From: Trichodelitschia bisporula
Taxonomy: Eukaryota
Length of the DNA: 64,000 bases
Assembly (NCBI GenBank): GCA_010356995.1
Contig: ML996691.1
Span: 1,060,174 to 1,124,173 of the forward strand
Direction: 5' to 3'
Shown: piece by piece, positions 12,672-26,600 of the stretch
Layout of the letters: every line of letters starts with the position of its first letter
Position numbering within the stretch: position 1 is the stretch's first letter
Program-made: the position numbers and the translations under genes
The notes under the pieces: generated by a model
The model's input: only the letters and a program-made list of their open reading frames with translations
Database searches by the model: none
Told to the model about the DNA's origin: nothing

Positions 12672-15482
12672 ATTCTGTGTCGATCTGGACTCTACTTTGA
12701 ACCAAAATGGATGGAGTCCGTTGTCATATGCGTGGGGTGGGCTTTCAGTCAAAGCGCCGGAAGCGATATAAATGAAAGCCTTCGTTGTGATGCGAAGGCG
12801 GAAGGTATGAGATACTACCCTTTTGATTGTTCTGGCGCTCTGCTTCTCATTCGAAACTACGGATCTTGCAGTTGAGGGCCTACGGTTCTTTCTAAAACAG
12901 TGTAAATCGCGGGGATTGGAAAAAGAAATCGTGTGGTTGGCTTTGGTGGAGCAAGTGGTCTATGGCATATGCAAAAGTTGGAAAAAACCGGGATCCCCGA
13001 TGGGGGTTGAACGGAGGCCGTATGTGGAGTGTTGTTGAAGGGACACTATGTTGGGGAGGTACAACCTTATTCATGCACCACGGCGCCGCCCGTGGCCCAC
13101 CATGGCAGTGGGTTGCGAAGGTGTCAAGTTAAAGGGTGGGTAGTCGCTCAGCCGCTCTAGCTTTGAGATGGACGGCGTCGCGGTGCGGAGCAGGAGCGGG
13201 GACATGTCGATACCGGTATCAAAGACCAAGTGGCGTCGGCGCTGATCCGGAAGGCCTCGAGGGAAGGGGTTCTGATATCTGTTCAGCAATGCTGATATTG
13301 CTATCTTGGCAGTCGGTACATTTGGGGACGGCGCCCAAATCGGCTGCGAGTTCGCTATCGCGGCGCAGCAGGAGCCGGTCGAGAAGGATGCGGTGCAACA
13401 GAGAAGGATGTAGAGATGCGATATCTACGAGGCTGGCCGCGCATGCAGTGGAGACGGGATGGAACGTCAGTGGAGTATTCCTTCGGGACGAATGCTTACT
13501 GCTTTGCAGACACCGCAGGCCTCTTATCAACAGATTCCAGACGCCAGCCTTTCATCTGCCGTCCAGTTCCTTCTCTGTACATCCGTACTCCGGGCAATCT
13601 CCGTTTCCATATTGCCGTTCCAGCAAGAACAACACCTCCTCCCGGTCTCGACAGACAACAGATTCATCGTAAAACGCTCAGGCGAGCCATTGGCTTTCCG
13701 CTTGTCCCGCCTCATGTTGCATGAAGAAAGTAAGTAATGTGGAGCGGGGATGCAGTCTCCCAATTCACATGTGAAATCCTCTCGAAAAGCCAGACCCCAG
13801 TTGTCGTTGCCAGCCCACCACACCCCGGCCGCGGGTCGCACGGCAGCTAGCCAGGCCCCCTGGGCGGCGAGGATACTCGGACCGGAGACACTCACAGCCC
13901 CTGGAGTCGAAGCAGTGCGATCGGAAGAGAGGTCGGCTCGAGGCAATTACGGCATAAGATGCCAGCAGCGGCAAGCGAGGCGTCTTCACCCTCGGTATGC
14001 ACAGTCATGGAGTGCTAGATTCTTGCCGCTCAACCACGTCGAAGCCAAATTTGTGGAGCCGCCTCGCCTATTTGACGCACCGCGTCGCGGCAAACAGGTG
14101 CTAATGCAGGCGTTCAACGGCTTTGCGCGAAGAGCCCAGGCACAGGCGCGGCTTGGTTCAGCTGAAATGGACCCTGGGCCATGCGCGGGGAATGTGAGCA
14201 ATGGCAGCCGGACTACCATAGCCTGGGGAATGTGCTGCGTCGGCGGATTGCGGGACAAGATGTGCGGAACCAGAGGAATGCATGCAAGTGTGCAGCGAAC
14301 AGTGTGAGGGTCGACGGCTGGGGTTCCTACCTCGTAAATGATTCCGGAGGTGAGTTGTCAAGGATCCGAGCTGGGATGGGAATGTGTTATCCCAATGGCC
14401 TTCCACATGCGATGTTGCATTCTGGGGTTGTTGTGTTGTGACTTGAGATGCTTGAGGTGAACTCCGAGCGGCACTGCGCCTTATCGCTAATCTCTGCAGA
14501 GTAGTGGCGGTGCACGGTCCTCTTTCAGTGGTTCTTTACATGTGAAGGTCTTGGGATTGCTTGGACTCGGGCAATCTACTGGCCTGTGACAGTGACGTTT
14601 GCAGCAAAATATACTGATCTTTGCATCTCACCCCCCGCTAACAGCAAGCCCCGTATCCATATCCCTACGCTAAGCCCCTAAGGATCGCAAAGATACCCTT
14701 CACCATCACCCCCATGCCATGATTCCCCCCCATGCCCCTCTCTCTCACCCCCTCCACACCCCCCTCAAAATATTCTCCCAGCTCCCATAGGGCACAGTAT
14801 GCCCCTCCGTTCCCGTTCTGGCCAGTAAACAGCTTCAAAGAATCAAGGCCAACCTCTACAAATCAGCCCCTTCACATGCTTCACATGTCACGCCAGTCAG
14901 AATAGCTTCCGCTGGCGACGGCTGGCGTTGCTGCGTCACCCGGTAAAGCACCATTGCAAGAGTTTCCCGTGCTGCCCGTTTTGCTCCTATCCATTCATCC
15001 ATCCATGGCATGGCATGACATTTGGACGCCCCAGCAGCGCCATGCACGAAATCCTTTATAGTCCCATCTGCATCCCCATCTCGCAGCCCGCATTTCCTTG
15101 AATTATTCCCCGTCCGTCCCGTCGCAAGCACACAAAAGGTAACACCGCACCCACCACTCCCAGTCAATCACATGTTTGCTGCAAGGCCACCGCGCAGATA
15201 AACTCACACAGATAGGGAAGAAATAGTCATCACCTATCAATCGCATCCCTCCTACCCCTCCGGCGGAACCCCCAACCCCCGCTTCAACCTGCCGGTCTGC
15301 ACATCTACATTTCCCAGGAATCCCGAATCAACCGCATACATCGAATGTATGAAAGTTTGCATCCCCTCCCCCCTCAATTCTCACCCCTTGCCAGTGCGGA
15401 GTTGTTTGGTTTCGTCGCACACAACACCCTGACCCCTCACCACCTCTTCTAACCCATCATCTCCAGCCTCCCACCCCTCCGC

Positions 15483-16154
15483 ATGCCTCACGCAACCACT
15501 TCTCCCAACAAACCCCAAGCCGACAACGATAGCACAATGGCCGAAAAGCCCGTCACAAACGGCGAAGTCCCGCAGTCACACTTCATCCACGTACGTCCAC
15601 ACCCTACCCTCACCGTCCCCGGCCTCGCGCTAACAACTGAACCCCAGCACCTAACCTCCTACCCCCTCGTCTCCGACACCCTCACAACCTACAAATCCCA
15701 CCCCTACGGCGCAAAATCCCTCTCCCTCGCCCACCAAGCCTACTCTACCTTCCTCGCGCCCATCCACCCCTACCTGCGCGGACCCTACTCCTACGTCGCG
15801 CCGTACCTCGCCAAAGCCGACACGCTCGGCGACTCTGGGCTCTCGAAGCTGGACAGCCGCTTCCCGGTCATCAAGGAGGACACGCAGACGCTGCGCGAGC
15901 GTGTAACCGGCGTTGTCGGACTCCCGCTGCGTATCGCCGGCCAGGGCCGCGAGTATCTCCTCCGCACGTACGACGATGAGTATGGCAAGGTTGCCGGGCC
16001 TGGCAAGGATAAGGGCGTGGTGACGACGGCGAAAGCGGTGGTTAGCACGGAGCTGCGCGTTACGAGCGATGTGTTCAAGTGGGCGGCGGAAACGTGGGCT
16101 GGCGTCAAGGAGGGGGCGAAGAAGGTTGCGCAGGAGAATGGGGCTGCTACTTGA
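15483..16154 (+). CDS. CAP20: Perilipin-like lipid-droplet protein (CAP20/MPL1 family)
   Basis: Motifs NGE.PQSHFIHHLTSYPLVSD...YKSHPYGAKSL and PYSYVAPYLAKADTLGDSGLSKLDSRFPVIKEDT. In-frame 57-nt intron 15591-15647 (GTACGT...CTAAC...CAG). Confidence 0.88.
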   Translation: MPHATTSPNKPQADNDSTMAEKPVTNGEVPQSHFIHVRPHPTLTVPGLALTTEPQHLTSYPLVSDTLTTYKSHPYGAKSLSLAHQAYSTFLAPIHPYLRGPYSYVAPYLAKADTLGDSGLSKLDSRFPVIKEDTQTLRERVTGVVGLPLRIAGQGREYLLRTYDDEYGKVAGPGKDKGVVTTAKAVVSTELRVTSDVFKWAAETWAGVKEGAKKVAQENGAAT

Positions 16155-17303
16155 GCGTACGATATGGATGTTGGATCATGGTTGCGTTCGGGTTGGTATT
16201 TCTTGCGACGAAAGGCTACGACGAAGGACTACGGATGGGATTGGATGTCTGCTTGTAAGCGCGTTGCTCTCTTCCGGCCCTAAGATCTGCTTCCTATATT
16301 TTTTTACATTTGGATTGATAGGGTCGCAGGGCCTGGTTCGACCTTTGGAGGCTGGATGGTGAACTGGGCAGGAATACACAAGAGTCTTAAGGACTGTACC
16401 TCTTTGCGTCCACGTTGGTGCCACGAAGGTTGCTTATCTTGCATATTGTCGGGTACACGACTTTCGCCTTCGTGTCACAAGTGTTCCGCAAAGCCGACAT
16501 CGCCGCTGCATTATCTGCACCTTTACGCCCTTCGTGTTCGGGCACACGATGCGCCAAGGGATGACGTCATATTCCGCGACGCTGGTGATAGTGTTTGCTG
16601 CGCGCTCTTTCCGCCATGGATATGTACCAACGTAGCCACCGTTAGCTATGAGGATGGGAGCGGATATGGAGGGATATGCCGTCCTCACGACATGGCGGTA
16701 CGAGCGGACGGAGCGGACGGGTGTGAACCGTCGGGTGTAATCGTCTACTGTGCGCTCAGGAGGTTGGCGCAGAGCAGCGGTTCTCTGGGGGCAGGCAGCG
16801 CGAGATGGCCGATTCTAATCTTCTGGATTGTGGGAATGCTACTACATATCTTTCTTCCCGATTCTCCAAAGTATTTGCCGGTTTATCTTGCGTCCCTGGT
16901 CGAAGCCTTGGGTCTCCGCACTTTACTGAGAGCCTCCCGCTTTTCTCAGCGTATGTGAAATATCTTCTACGGCTGTGCCCATAGAGATATAGGACATAGA
17001 CCTGACATCGAGCCAGCGCGACTGTGCTCTGTACATCCGTAGAATCGCAAAAAAAGCAATCTGTCTTAGTCATCAATACCTCAGCCCTACCCCATTCAGC
17101 CCCACGTGTTACGCCCCACAGCGCACGCGCCACACCACGATGCATGACGCCACATCTACTCCACGCTCCACCTCCACGCCCACAACCGTTTTCAAAAGCG
17201 ACGATATCCGAACCCTTCCCCATCCAAAGCCTCCGTAGCAGAGCTCTCATGACGGAGCTCTCGCAACACTTCCTTCCCGCACCCAAAAAAGTCAAAAGCC
17301 CGC

Positions 17304-17309
17304 AAAAAA
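17304..17309 (-). terminator. RNA polymerase III oligo-T terminator of the tRNA-His gene
   Basis: T6 run on the minus strand, 3 nt after the discriminator base. Confidence 0.8.
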
Positions 17310-17312
17310 TGG

Positions 17313-17398
17313 TGGCTATGCCTGGAATCGAACCAGGGTTTACACGGAGCAGCGAATAGAACCACAACGTGTTGTACTAACCACTATACGACATAACC
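17313..17398 (-). tRNA. tRNA-His: tRNA-His(GTG) with a 14-nt intron
   Basis: Acceptor stem GGTTATG/CATAGCC, D-loop AGTGGTTA, anticodon stem ACACG/CGTGT with loop TT-GTG-G^C, intron 17361-17348, T-arm CCTGG-TTCGATT-CCAGG. Confidence 0.95.
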
Positions 17399-18193
17399 CG
17401 TAACCACCACGGCCAGACGGCCTGATTGTGTCCGACTCTTCCACGTCTAAAAATTTGACATGACATTTTAGTCTACTTCCCCCTCCCGAAATCGGCAAAT
17501 CCAGATGGCCATCTGATTGGTCGCCTTGCGCGCCAAAAATCTCCGGCGTCCGCCCCGTCCGACCGCCGGCCACACTTCCGCTTCGGCCTCGCCCCGCCGC
17601 GAATACGGCGCTTCTTCAGCCTCACATGTTTGCCATCCGCGCAGAGGAATTCTCGTCGAAGACTTTCGCCGCTTAGGCGGCGTGGCAGCCAGGCCTAGCC
17701 GCTTGATCTGGTCACCGTCGCCATTGCTGACATCACCCCTACCGCCAGATTGCGATGTCCCATCCCTTCACTCATCGGATCCACAATACTATCACTTCGC
17801 CTGCCTCGTAGCAACACTGATACACTAATCCCCGCCTCACGGGCGGAGTTTCCTCATTCTTGTACAGTGACTAGCTAAGCCAGCTTCATATCGCCGGGGA
17901 GTCTTGCCTAACAGAGACGAAGTCCAAATTGGACCCTTGGGCAGCGGCGACCCGACGAAGATCGCACTTAGTCCGCCATCAAGCCCTCCACCCCAATAAG
18001 CCCTCGCCGCGATCCGGGCGCCTAGCCCTCGCGCCGTCCAGCCTTGCCATATCCGCCCAAGGCCCATCCGCCGCGTCTCAGGGTCCAACAGCCGATAACC
18101 ACCACCACCACAGCATTCCGCGATGCAGCCCAATTTGCGCACCCCCACCCCCACTACCCATCTCCCCTGTCCATCTCTTTCCTGCTCGCACTT

Positions 18194-18277
18194 CCCCCTG
18201 TGCTGCCCAACCACCCGCCGTCCAAACCCCTAGCCCCCTCTGCTGCCCAACCACCCGCTCTCAAGTCCCTAGCCCCC
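18194..18277. repeat. Tandem duplication of about 40 bp (2 copies)
   Basis: CCCCCTSTGCTGCCCAACCACCCGC...CCCTAG at 18194 and 18234. Confidence 0.8.
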
Positions 18278-19744
18278 ACGTCAAACGGCGTCGCCACTAT
18301 CCATTTGCCCACGCCGTACGGTATGCAGCCCATACCCAGCAGCGCGGAATCCCCGAATCCACGGTAGCGTGTGCAGCGACGTCGCGTGGCGGACGCAGGG
18401 AGAGAATGGCGGTGTTCGTGGTCGAGCGAGTGGCCGAGCGACTCGCAGCGGTATGGCGTTGCTGTGGCGGCGGCGCGGCTGGGTCGGCGTAGATGTTTGA
18501 GGCGATGGAATGCTCCAGTATCGTCTCGCGACGTTCCCCCTGTATTGCCGAAACGGTGATGCACTTCCTCTCTCTCTTGTAGTCTCCCCTGCAAAGCTCT
18601 CCAAAAAACAAAGCCGCCGGATATCATGAGAGCAATACCAGTTACGAACCGTAAAATACTGGTCCCACAAAACCGTCCGCCCACCCTCGCGCCCAAAGGA
18701 AGATCAGACCCAGGAAATTAGAAAGCGAGGAGGTGAGTAAAACAAAATACCGCGCCAGGTAAGGCCGTAGAAAACAGCAGCAAATTCAAATTCAAAATAC
18801 CGCCTTTTGGATGGATTCCGCCTCTGCAAGGCTCCCCACATTGTCTCTCGCTTGGCTTCGCGTCATGACGTGAAGTCAGCGTGCCCGGGCCCAGACTCGC
18901 CTTCGTCAACCTCCGATCGTCACGATCTAAAAGCTCTCCCGCGCAAGCATGCGCAGTCACCCACGGCTTTTCTCAGGCGCGAAAAAGCAACGATTTCGAC
19001 CGCGCGAAGCGGGGAAGAAACGTCTCGAGCCAGATACAGCCAGTAGAACTGCAGCGATGGGCCAAGGCTGGCACCCACATCCATGAAAAACAGCTCAAGC
19101 GGTCAACCACCTCCCTCTCCAAACGCGGGGAGCCCGCGGAGACAGAATCCAGAAACGAGACGAGACACATTGCTCGAACAGGACAAAACAAAGCAGATGC
19201 AGAAACAAAAAAGCTTGAGTGCTTGCCTCCCGGAAACATGGTTATCCTCTTCGCTCCGAAAACAAATCCCTGCATTCGCATGAGATGATGCTGCTGCGTG
19301 CTGGCGCCCAATGATGATGAAACTGGAGTTCAAATTTCCACCCACATGCATGTGTCTTCGCTACGGTTGCCATCAAAGCTGGTTAGCACTTGAATCAAAA
19401 TAACAAATCGCCCCAGCACCTGAACAGAAACAGAAAGCCGCCCAATTTAGCTGAAAGGAAAAAAAAAGTCAGAGTTCCCCCCGCACAGCAACAGCCCTAG
19501 CAGCTAGCGATTTCGCCAGTGGGCTACCTTCTTTCCGCACTGAGGGGACTCTGTTGTATCCGTGAGGATGTAGTTGTACTGTAAGACTCCAACAAATGCA
19601 AAAAGAATAAAGCAAAACCTCTTGACCGAAAAAGAAGTAAGCGTATGATGTGGGAGAGTCAAAAACTCTCCCGAGACAGCCTGGTAGGCTATGCCCGAGT
19701 TCGCGTCGCCCCTAACAGAACGTTTGTCGCCTCCGCTTCCCTCA

Positions 19745-22700
19745 TCAGCCACTGAAGGAGCTATGCGCTGAACTGGAGTCCATCGAATACATTCTCGGCG
19801 TACCGGCACTGGCAGGGCTTCCAGCGCTGGGATGTCGTGCAGAGCGTCCGAGTCCTGAATGGCCGGTGAGATGGTGGTGTCCTTGCCAGTTAGACGATGC
19901 ATGGCCGCGTGGGGAATCACCCTCCGCTTGCACGTCCTTGAATGCCTCCTCGAGCACACTGACGTGAATGTTGAAGAGGGAGGAGAGCGGGGCGAGGTGG
20001 CGATGGAGCTTTATTGTCCGTCGCAGGAGTGATATGAGTGTATCACGTGGGACAAATGGCCTAAGCCATGACTTGTAGGCGTTGGTGAGCACAAGCACAT
20101 TGCCAAATTGCCTGCTGTAAGTCAGCATCCAAGAACATGTGGTGCAATAGTTGCCAGACGAAATACTAACGCCGTCGCTGTCCCATGAATGTTGGTCACC
20201 TTTGGCCGCTTCTTCATGTCGTCTGTAAGTCCGTCGAATGCTATGGTGCTGTATGTGGCGAAGTCGATACACTTCTGGCAGCACCATAGCACCGTATCCG
20301 CGAGCTCCGAGCTGTTGACAAGGTCCTCTTTACGCAGCGCCGACAACTTGGGTAGTTGTTTCACCCCTTGCAGTTCGCCGTCTTTGCTCACAGGCGGAGG
20401 AGAAGGTTCCCTTGGCCTCTTTTGGAGCCACTGATTCGGATCAAGCGTCGCGTCGCTCATGTTGTCTAGTGCATGGTATAGAAATGGTCGGAGGATGATG
20501 TATGCAGCACCGTAGTACTTCGCCCGCAGGCGTGCTTCCTGAAGGTTATTTGGAGGCTTATCCCCATCACGCCATTGCAAGTGTATCGGGAGCATACTCC
20601 GCCACTGCGCGAGCGAGTGCCACAGCATTCCCGCATCAGCATCTGCCCATGACAGCCGAGAGTCTTCCTTAGCCTTGGTAACTGGCGTGGCATTGAGGTC
20701 TAGCGGGAAATGTCAGATAATCGCTCTACCAGGATCTACAGATACTTACTGTGGGCGTAGAGCGCCATGTGGGTCCTGTTCAACAACAGTCGAACCCATA
20801 TATGCGCCGAGTAGAGCAAAACGGCTTCCTCCCAGTCGACATCTTCTCCCGTCGGTAGAGACAGCTTCCGTAGAGGGACCCCAACAGCGGTAGCCGGAAT
20901 CTTCAGATGGTTCTCCGCCCACTGTAGGCCGCTGCTGGGCAGGCGGTCGAATTCGGCTCGGATGTCGCTGGCGAGGATTAGCGAAGTCACAGTACCAAAG
21001 TAAGGTGGAAGCTCACCTTTCGAGCTGCAGAGTCGACCAGCACAGCATCAAGATTAGCGTTGCGTCGTCATCGAGTTTGTCAGGCTGCAACGAAAACTGA
21101 TTTTCTGGGTCCAAAGGAGTCGGATCCATCCGCAAGTACTCTTGATTTCTACTCACTCGTCAGCTTAGCCAAATAGCCCCGGGAAAGGGTACAGACTTCA
21201 TGCGCAAAATGTTGGTGACACGGCTCGCGTTGCTGATCCAAGTCCAGCTCTCCATCACTTTCCCCAGCTGTCCGTAGTACAGTCCTGCAAGCAAAAATGC
21301 TTGAGCATGAATGATATCTGTTCCGGCAATGATTGTGCTGAGTATGTGGAGTGCTGAGGCGAAGTAAGCGAGTCCTGGTATCTTGTCGACATTCCTAACG
21401 CAAAACTTCCGCCTTTCAGAAGATCTTTCGGCCGACGAACTACGGCTGGCGTATCCAGATTGGGCGCCCGGCGACGCATGGTTCAGCGATGCGTGTGACT
21501 GCGTCGGGGATGGCTTGAAGTCGGTCGGCGATGTTGCCATGTACTGACTGCCCAGAAAGTTGTTCACCGCCGGTGGCACGGGCTTGCCGTCCTGGAGAAA
21601 CCACGCGTCGTGCTCCAATAACTTCCCAAGGGCAAGCACCAGCAGAATGATTGCGTTCCGCGGAGATTTTCTGATCTCATGCCGTGGTGGAGCAGAATAA
21701 GGCATTCCGGACGAGTCGTAGTAGTGCTCGTCTTCCGTAGATGGCCGCTTCCGTTTGGCGGGCAAGCCCCCATATCCAGCCCGGTTTGGTGGAATAGGAG
21801 GAACAACAAACGATGATTGCGGCGTCAAAGGGGTGGGACTGTATTGCCGAATGAATTGGTCTGTCTCCTTTTCGAGCCATGCAGCGCCGAGAAACGGGTG
21901 CAAAACCCACATATTGCGCATGTAGCTGGAGTAAAGCCTGTGCACGGTGCTTCGATCCAGTCGCAGCGAGGCGTCGGGATTGAGGCCTCCAACGTTCGTC
22001 TGCTGGGAGTTGGGCGTCGGCTTGAAGGAATCTCCAAAGATGGAGTCGTCCGGTGATGGCCATCCGATGGGATCGCTGTGTGGGCTGACTCCACTGAGAG
22101 CCGGACTAGGCGCGTCTGCCATAGGAGCAGAACCCGACCGGTCTTCCGAGAAATGCCTGTACCCGTAGGGTGCTAGAAGCGGCTGCTTTTCCTCCTCTCG
22201 CTGCGCATACTCTTCGCTGAAGACTCCTGCTTGTTGGAAGTACTTGGTGATTCCTTTCCACTCTATCAAGTGGTGGGCGCCGGTATTGTGCTGCGGCGGA
22301 GCAGTGTCCACACTGAACACATTCTTCACCTCGGGATCTTCTTTGTTGCCCGCCGCGGGTTGTGCGGGAATAGCTTCAGCTTCGGCTTTAGCTTCGGCTG
22401 CGTAGCCCAAGTTCGGGTCTGCCTTCGCTTGGGAGCGAACAAGCTGCTGAAGCAAATCCACGGTTTGCTGCTGGTTAGATTCCATTCTCAATATAGTCTC
22501 CTCCAGCGATCCGACTCTGTCCCCCAGCGCCCTATGCTGATCGAGCATCTGCATCATCGTACGGTCCGTCCTAGCAAACAATGAGTCTGCACCCACACAT
22601 TTGCCCGGTCATCATGGCTAGACTTACTTCGGCGGTGGCACCTCTCGGTACTCACACTCAACTCCTTCCGTCTTACAGTAGCCACAGGGACGAGCCTCGT

Positions 22701-23647
22701 CGCATTTTTGCTTCCGTTGCCGACAGTGATTACATGCCTTGACAGCATTATGAGCATGCAGCCAAACACTCGTCAAATGCACTTACTTGCTGGGCGCGAA
22801 CCTGCCTCCGCTTGTGCGCAAGATTGCCAAAGCCAGCGGGCCCTTGACCACCAAACCCATTCGATGGAAATGTGCCCACCACCGGTGTTGGTGGATAGCT
22901 TCCGGGGTGCTGCTGATGATGGTGCGCTGCATAGGGGTCCTGTTGCTGAAGCTGTGGCGGGGGATATGGGAGGCCATTTGGAATCCCATGCGGGTCCATG
23001 ACCCCGAATTGAACGGACGGCTGTGGGTGGTTGCCATGCTCCATGGGCGGATTGGACGGATCCTGCACTGGGGGACCGGGTGGCTGAGGCGGAAGTCCCA
23101 CTCCACGCTGCGGTTCAGGCACAGTTGGTGAAGCAGTCACCACTGGCGGCTGCGAAGTCGGTTCCGCAGAGTACGGCGCTGGCGGTTGCTGGTGATGCTG
23201 CAAAGTGACCGGTGGAGGAGGCAGAGGGGTATGCGGCGCAGGATTCACAGCGCCATATCCGGGCCGATGGTCGCTGCCGTAGCCAGGATGACTGATGGGA
23301 GGCTGGAAGTGCGAGATGGTGCGAGGATCCGGAAGAGTTTCCCTGTATGGCGGTGCTCCAATTCCTGGTGGGGGTGAGGGTGGTGGATGGTGTTGGGGAC
23401 GCGGTCCCGGGGGTCCTATGGATACGAGAGAAGGCTGAGTAGGTGTATGAGCCTGCGGCGGGAGTGTCGTAGGCGGCAGGCGGTAATGGAGAGCAGGAGG
23501 AGCAGACGGTGGATGATCAGAATACTGTTGTGGTTGCACAGAAGGTCCTGAGGCACTGGCAGAATGGATCGGTGCAGGTGGTGGGTTGTATGCGGCGCGA
23601 TCTTGGTCCAAGCGCACACGTTTTGAAGTATCAGGAACACCCTCCAT
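19745..23647 (-). CDS. Zn(II)2Cys6 binuclear-cluster transcription factor with a Pro/Gln-rich N-terminus and fungal TF middle-homology region (possibly McrA-like)
   Basis: Seven exons, with introns 22786-22738, 22627-22571, 21196-21149, 21016-20968, 20749-20700 and 20170-20112. The spliced cluster reads [33 protein letters not shown] motifs: [55 protein letters not shown]. Confidence 0.93.
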
Positions 23648-26600
23648 ACTGATTAACCGCTACTGTCCGGTCCATGCATCGGCTGGGTCTATGCAGATGG
23701 TAGGGCCAAGGGGGAGGGGACGCTGATGGAGGGGGGAGACAGGAACTGGGGGTGGCGGGGGGGGGAGGTGAGGGTGGGAGGTGGGTGGGGGGTAAGGTGG
23801 TAAAGCACACGACAACTAGCTGACCCGGATGAGAAATCGTCCAAAAGATGTGTCCTGCTCCGTACGGATGTAAACGGAGGGAGGATATCCAGAAGCGAGT
23901 GGCGAGAGGCGAGTCATCCAGCAAAGTTCCGTTTGACTAGTTAAAGGAGAGTGTGGAAAGATGGAAGAGGAGCGGCGTCATTGGCGCAAACAGGCGTGCA
24001 AGAGTACGTAGTAATCTTTGCTACACGCTGGTATGTAAAGGAGGGAAGCTTGAAGATGAGATGAGGATGGGAGGCGGAAGATCCGTGTTGAGGGGGAAGC
24101 TGAGGGTGGAGGGGGGGTGGGGAGAAGTTGGGGGGAAAGAAACTGGCAATTCACAACGCGAAGTTCGAGCATGCGATGTTTAGAAGCCAAGCGTCAGTGC
24201 GAGCAACGAGTGGTGGGCGAGAAGAATGATGGGATGTTCGATATCTGCTTACATAGCAGGTCGAAGAGGTTGTCGGATGTAAATAATTAAAAAAAATTTC
24301 AAGGGTCTTGGGTGAGGCGGACAGGTAGGAGGTTCAGAGAAGTGTGGGGGAGTGAGAGAGAGAGCATGGAATTCGCGTGTTGATGGGGTGTGGAGGTTCT
24401 CTGGGGAAAGGTTTGTGACAGTTTGGAGGGGTAGGTGATAGTAGTACGGTAAACAGGCGTTGGTGCGGAGACTGTCCAACCAAGGGCGGACGAAACTGAT
24501 GACCAGAAAATGGAGGTTGGACTGGCTGAAAGGAGGGGAGGGGGGGTTTGAACGCCTTGGATTCGGTGGAGAGAGAGGAAGCAGAGGACGTTCTGAGGTG
24601 CCTGAGAGATGGCGGGGGACGGTGTCTGGTGTGCAAAGCTTCAACTCGCGTTCCTGCTTACCGTGGGCCCGGCGTTGAGGATGCGCGATGGAGAGGGGTG
24701 AAACAAGAAGATCTTGCATCTAGCGCGACGATGGCTTCGTCCTAGCACAGGGAGAGGCAGGCGTGAGGAGTACTTCGTACTGAGGAATATCACATCCGAG
24801 CAAGGTCTTGGGTTAGCAAGGCAAATGGCGTCTCTCCAAGGTGTGTTGATGGCGCCGGGTCTGAGTACCGTAGGTCCCCAGGCCATGGACCGTGAGCCTC
24901 CACACACACACACCAGCTGACGCTCGATGGCAGACGGGAAGCTGCGCTAGAACAACGACAAGCGCACGCCTTTCGACGCTTAGAAGGGAGAGAGCGAAGG
25001 GAGAGAGCGAAATGAGTACAGAAGCCAACCAGACGATTGACAAGAGAGCAAGAGACTGGTTCTAGAGAAAACGCAAGGACCCAACAGCTCTGCTTAACAA
25101 GAACAAAATATCATTAAGTGATACCATGAGAGGTGCACAAACGCTGCGGCGAAGCATATCGTCACAATTCCACGTTGACCGATGATAGCGACAGATCCCG
25201 AGAGCAGCATGTACCGTACCGTACCGTACACAGCACCCAGCACAGATGAAGAACCCCACTTAGCGACCAATCAGCTCCATATCGGTACATGGCGATACAA
25301 TTTGAGTCTATCAGATGGGTGAGGACGTATTGGCGATGTTTCGCTGTGGAACCTTGGCTCTGTGTTTCTTACGCTCTGCCTCTCACTCTTTCATGCGTAC
25401 GCCGAACTAAAGTAGATACGCACAGGCCCGAAGCACCCTCGCAGCCATTTCCAGCCGCTGTTGCGTAGCGAATCCAGGAACCTTCTCCCAGAACCAGTCC
25501 AAGAATCTTCGCTCTAAACCAGCCACGCCCGCCAGTGTCACCCTCACTTAGTGGCGTGCCTGTGCCGAAATAAATCGACGAAGTACTCGTGGCCAGGCTG
25601 GTTGGCGCTGCTCGGCTTGCTAGCGAAGCCAACTAGCTACGTAGTAAGGTAGAAGAATAGAAAGAGGCACGACCGCGCGGGAAATCGAAACAGTTGAGCG
25701 GGCTGACTGGCGGCCAGCTGCCAGCGTGTTAGCTCATACGGTACTTCCGCGGGGAACCTGTGGGAACGTGTAAGGCAGGCACGCCGCAGATAAACCAGTG
25801 GGAGAGAGGTCGTGGGGAAAGTGGCTTGTCTACGCTCAAGCAAATGGCCAGCGATGATGATCGACAGCGAACCAGCAGTGGAGAACCGGAGAGGCAAAGC
25901 TGCGAACGAAAGACCGCTGCCGGTACGGAGGCAAAACCCTTCCGTCATCGTGGTCGGAGCTTCGTGTTCGGGTGACAGCGAAATGGTGGAGTTGCGGCGA
26001 AGGCGGCCATCAATGCCAACTCTTCCGAGCTCGGTGATTGGACGAGTAGTTGAGATTGTACATCCAAAGGTGCGTGCACGGCTTGGAACAAGGCGATCCG
26101 CCGTTTGACGTCGCTCTTCTGTTAACGATATACAGTACGGAGGTACTCGGTACGCATTTCCCGCCACAGTTAATGTAACCTCATGTCCTTTTCAACCTCC
26201 TTCGCTCGCCCTTTTCCTCTCTGACTCTTGCATCGGACGACGGTTCAACAGGATAACGGGGCAACAGGGCAATATGGCAACGTAAAGTCCTGGGAGAATG
26301 ATTTCGCCCCACCACAGCCGGAGCCAGTCGAAGCAGGACAAAGATATGGCAAGGATCGGATGAGCTCGAGACCCTACCTAGATCCTTTGAATCTGAGTCG
26401 TTCAAGCCCGCAAGATGCTGTTATCGGATATGCATAAGGCTGCCAGATAAATCTGATGATCGATTTATGGGATCTCGGATCATACTACGGGATGAAGCGG
26501 CGCCGTTTTCTCATGAGCCTAGAATGTCGCCTAACTTTTCCAGAGCCGTCGAATGGGGTAGTTAGCAGTCCCCTCTCATTCCATCACCCGAAGCCTAGTT

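Noticed and set aside
13071..14441. Overlapping 70-185 aa ORFs on both strands
   Set aside because: No domain, consistent splice structure or codon bias that I could support.
16356..17367. 200-aa ORFs on both strands next to the tRNA
   Set aside because: Non-ATG or weak starts, one overlaps the tRNA gene, and the composition is not protein-like.
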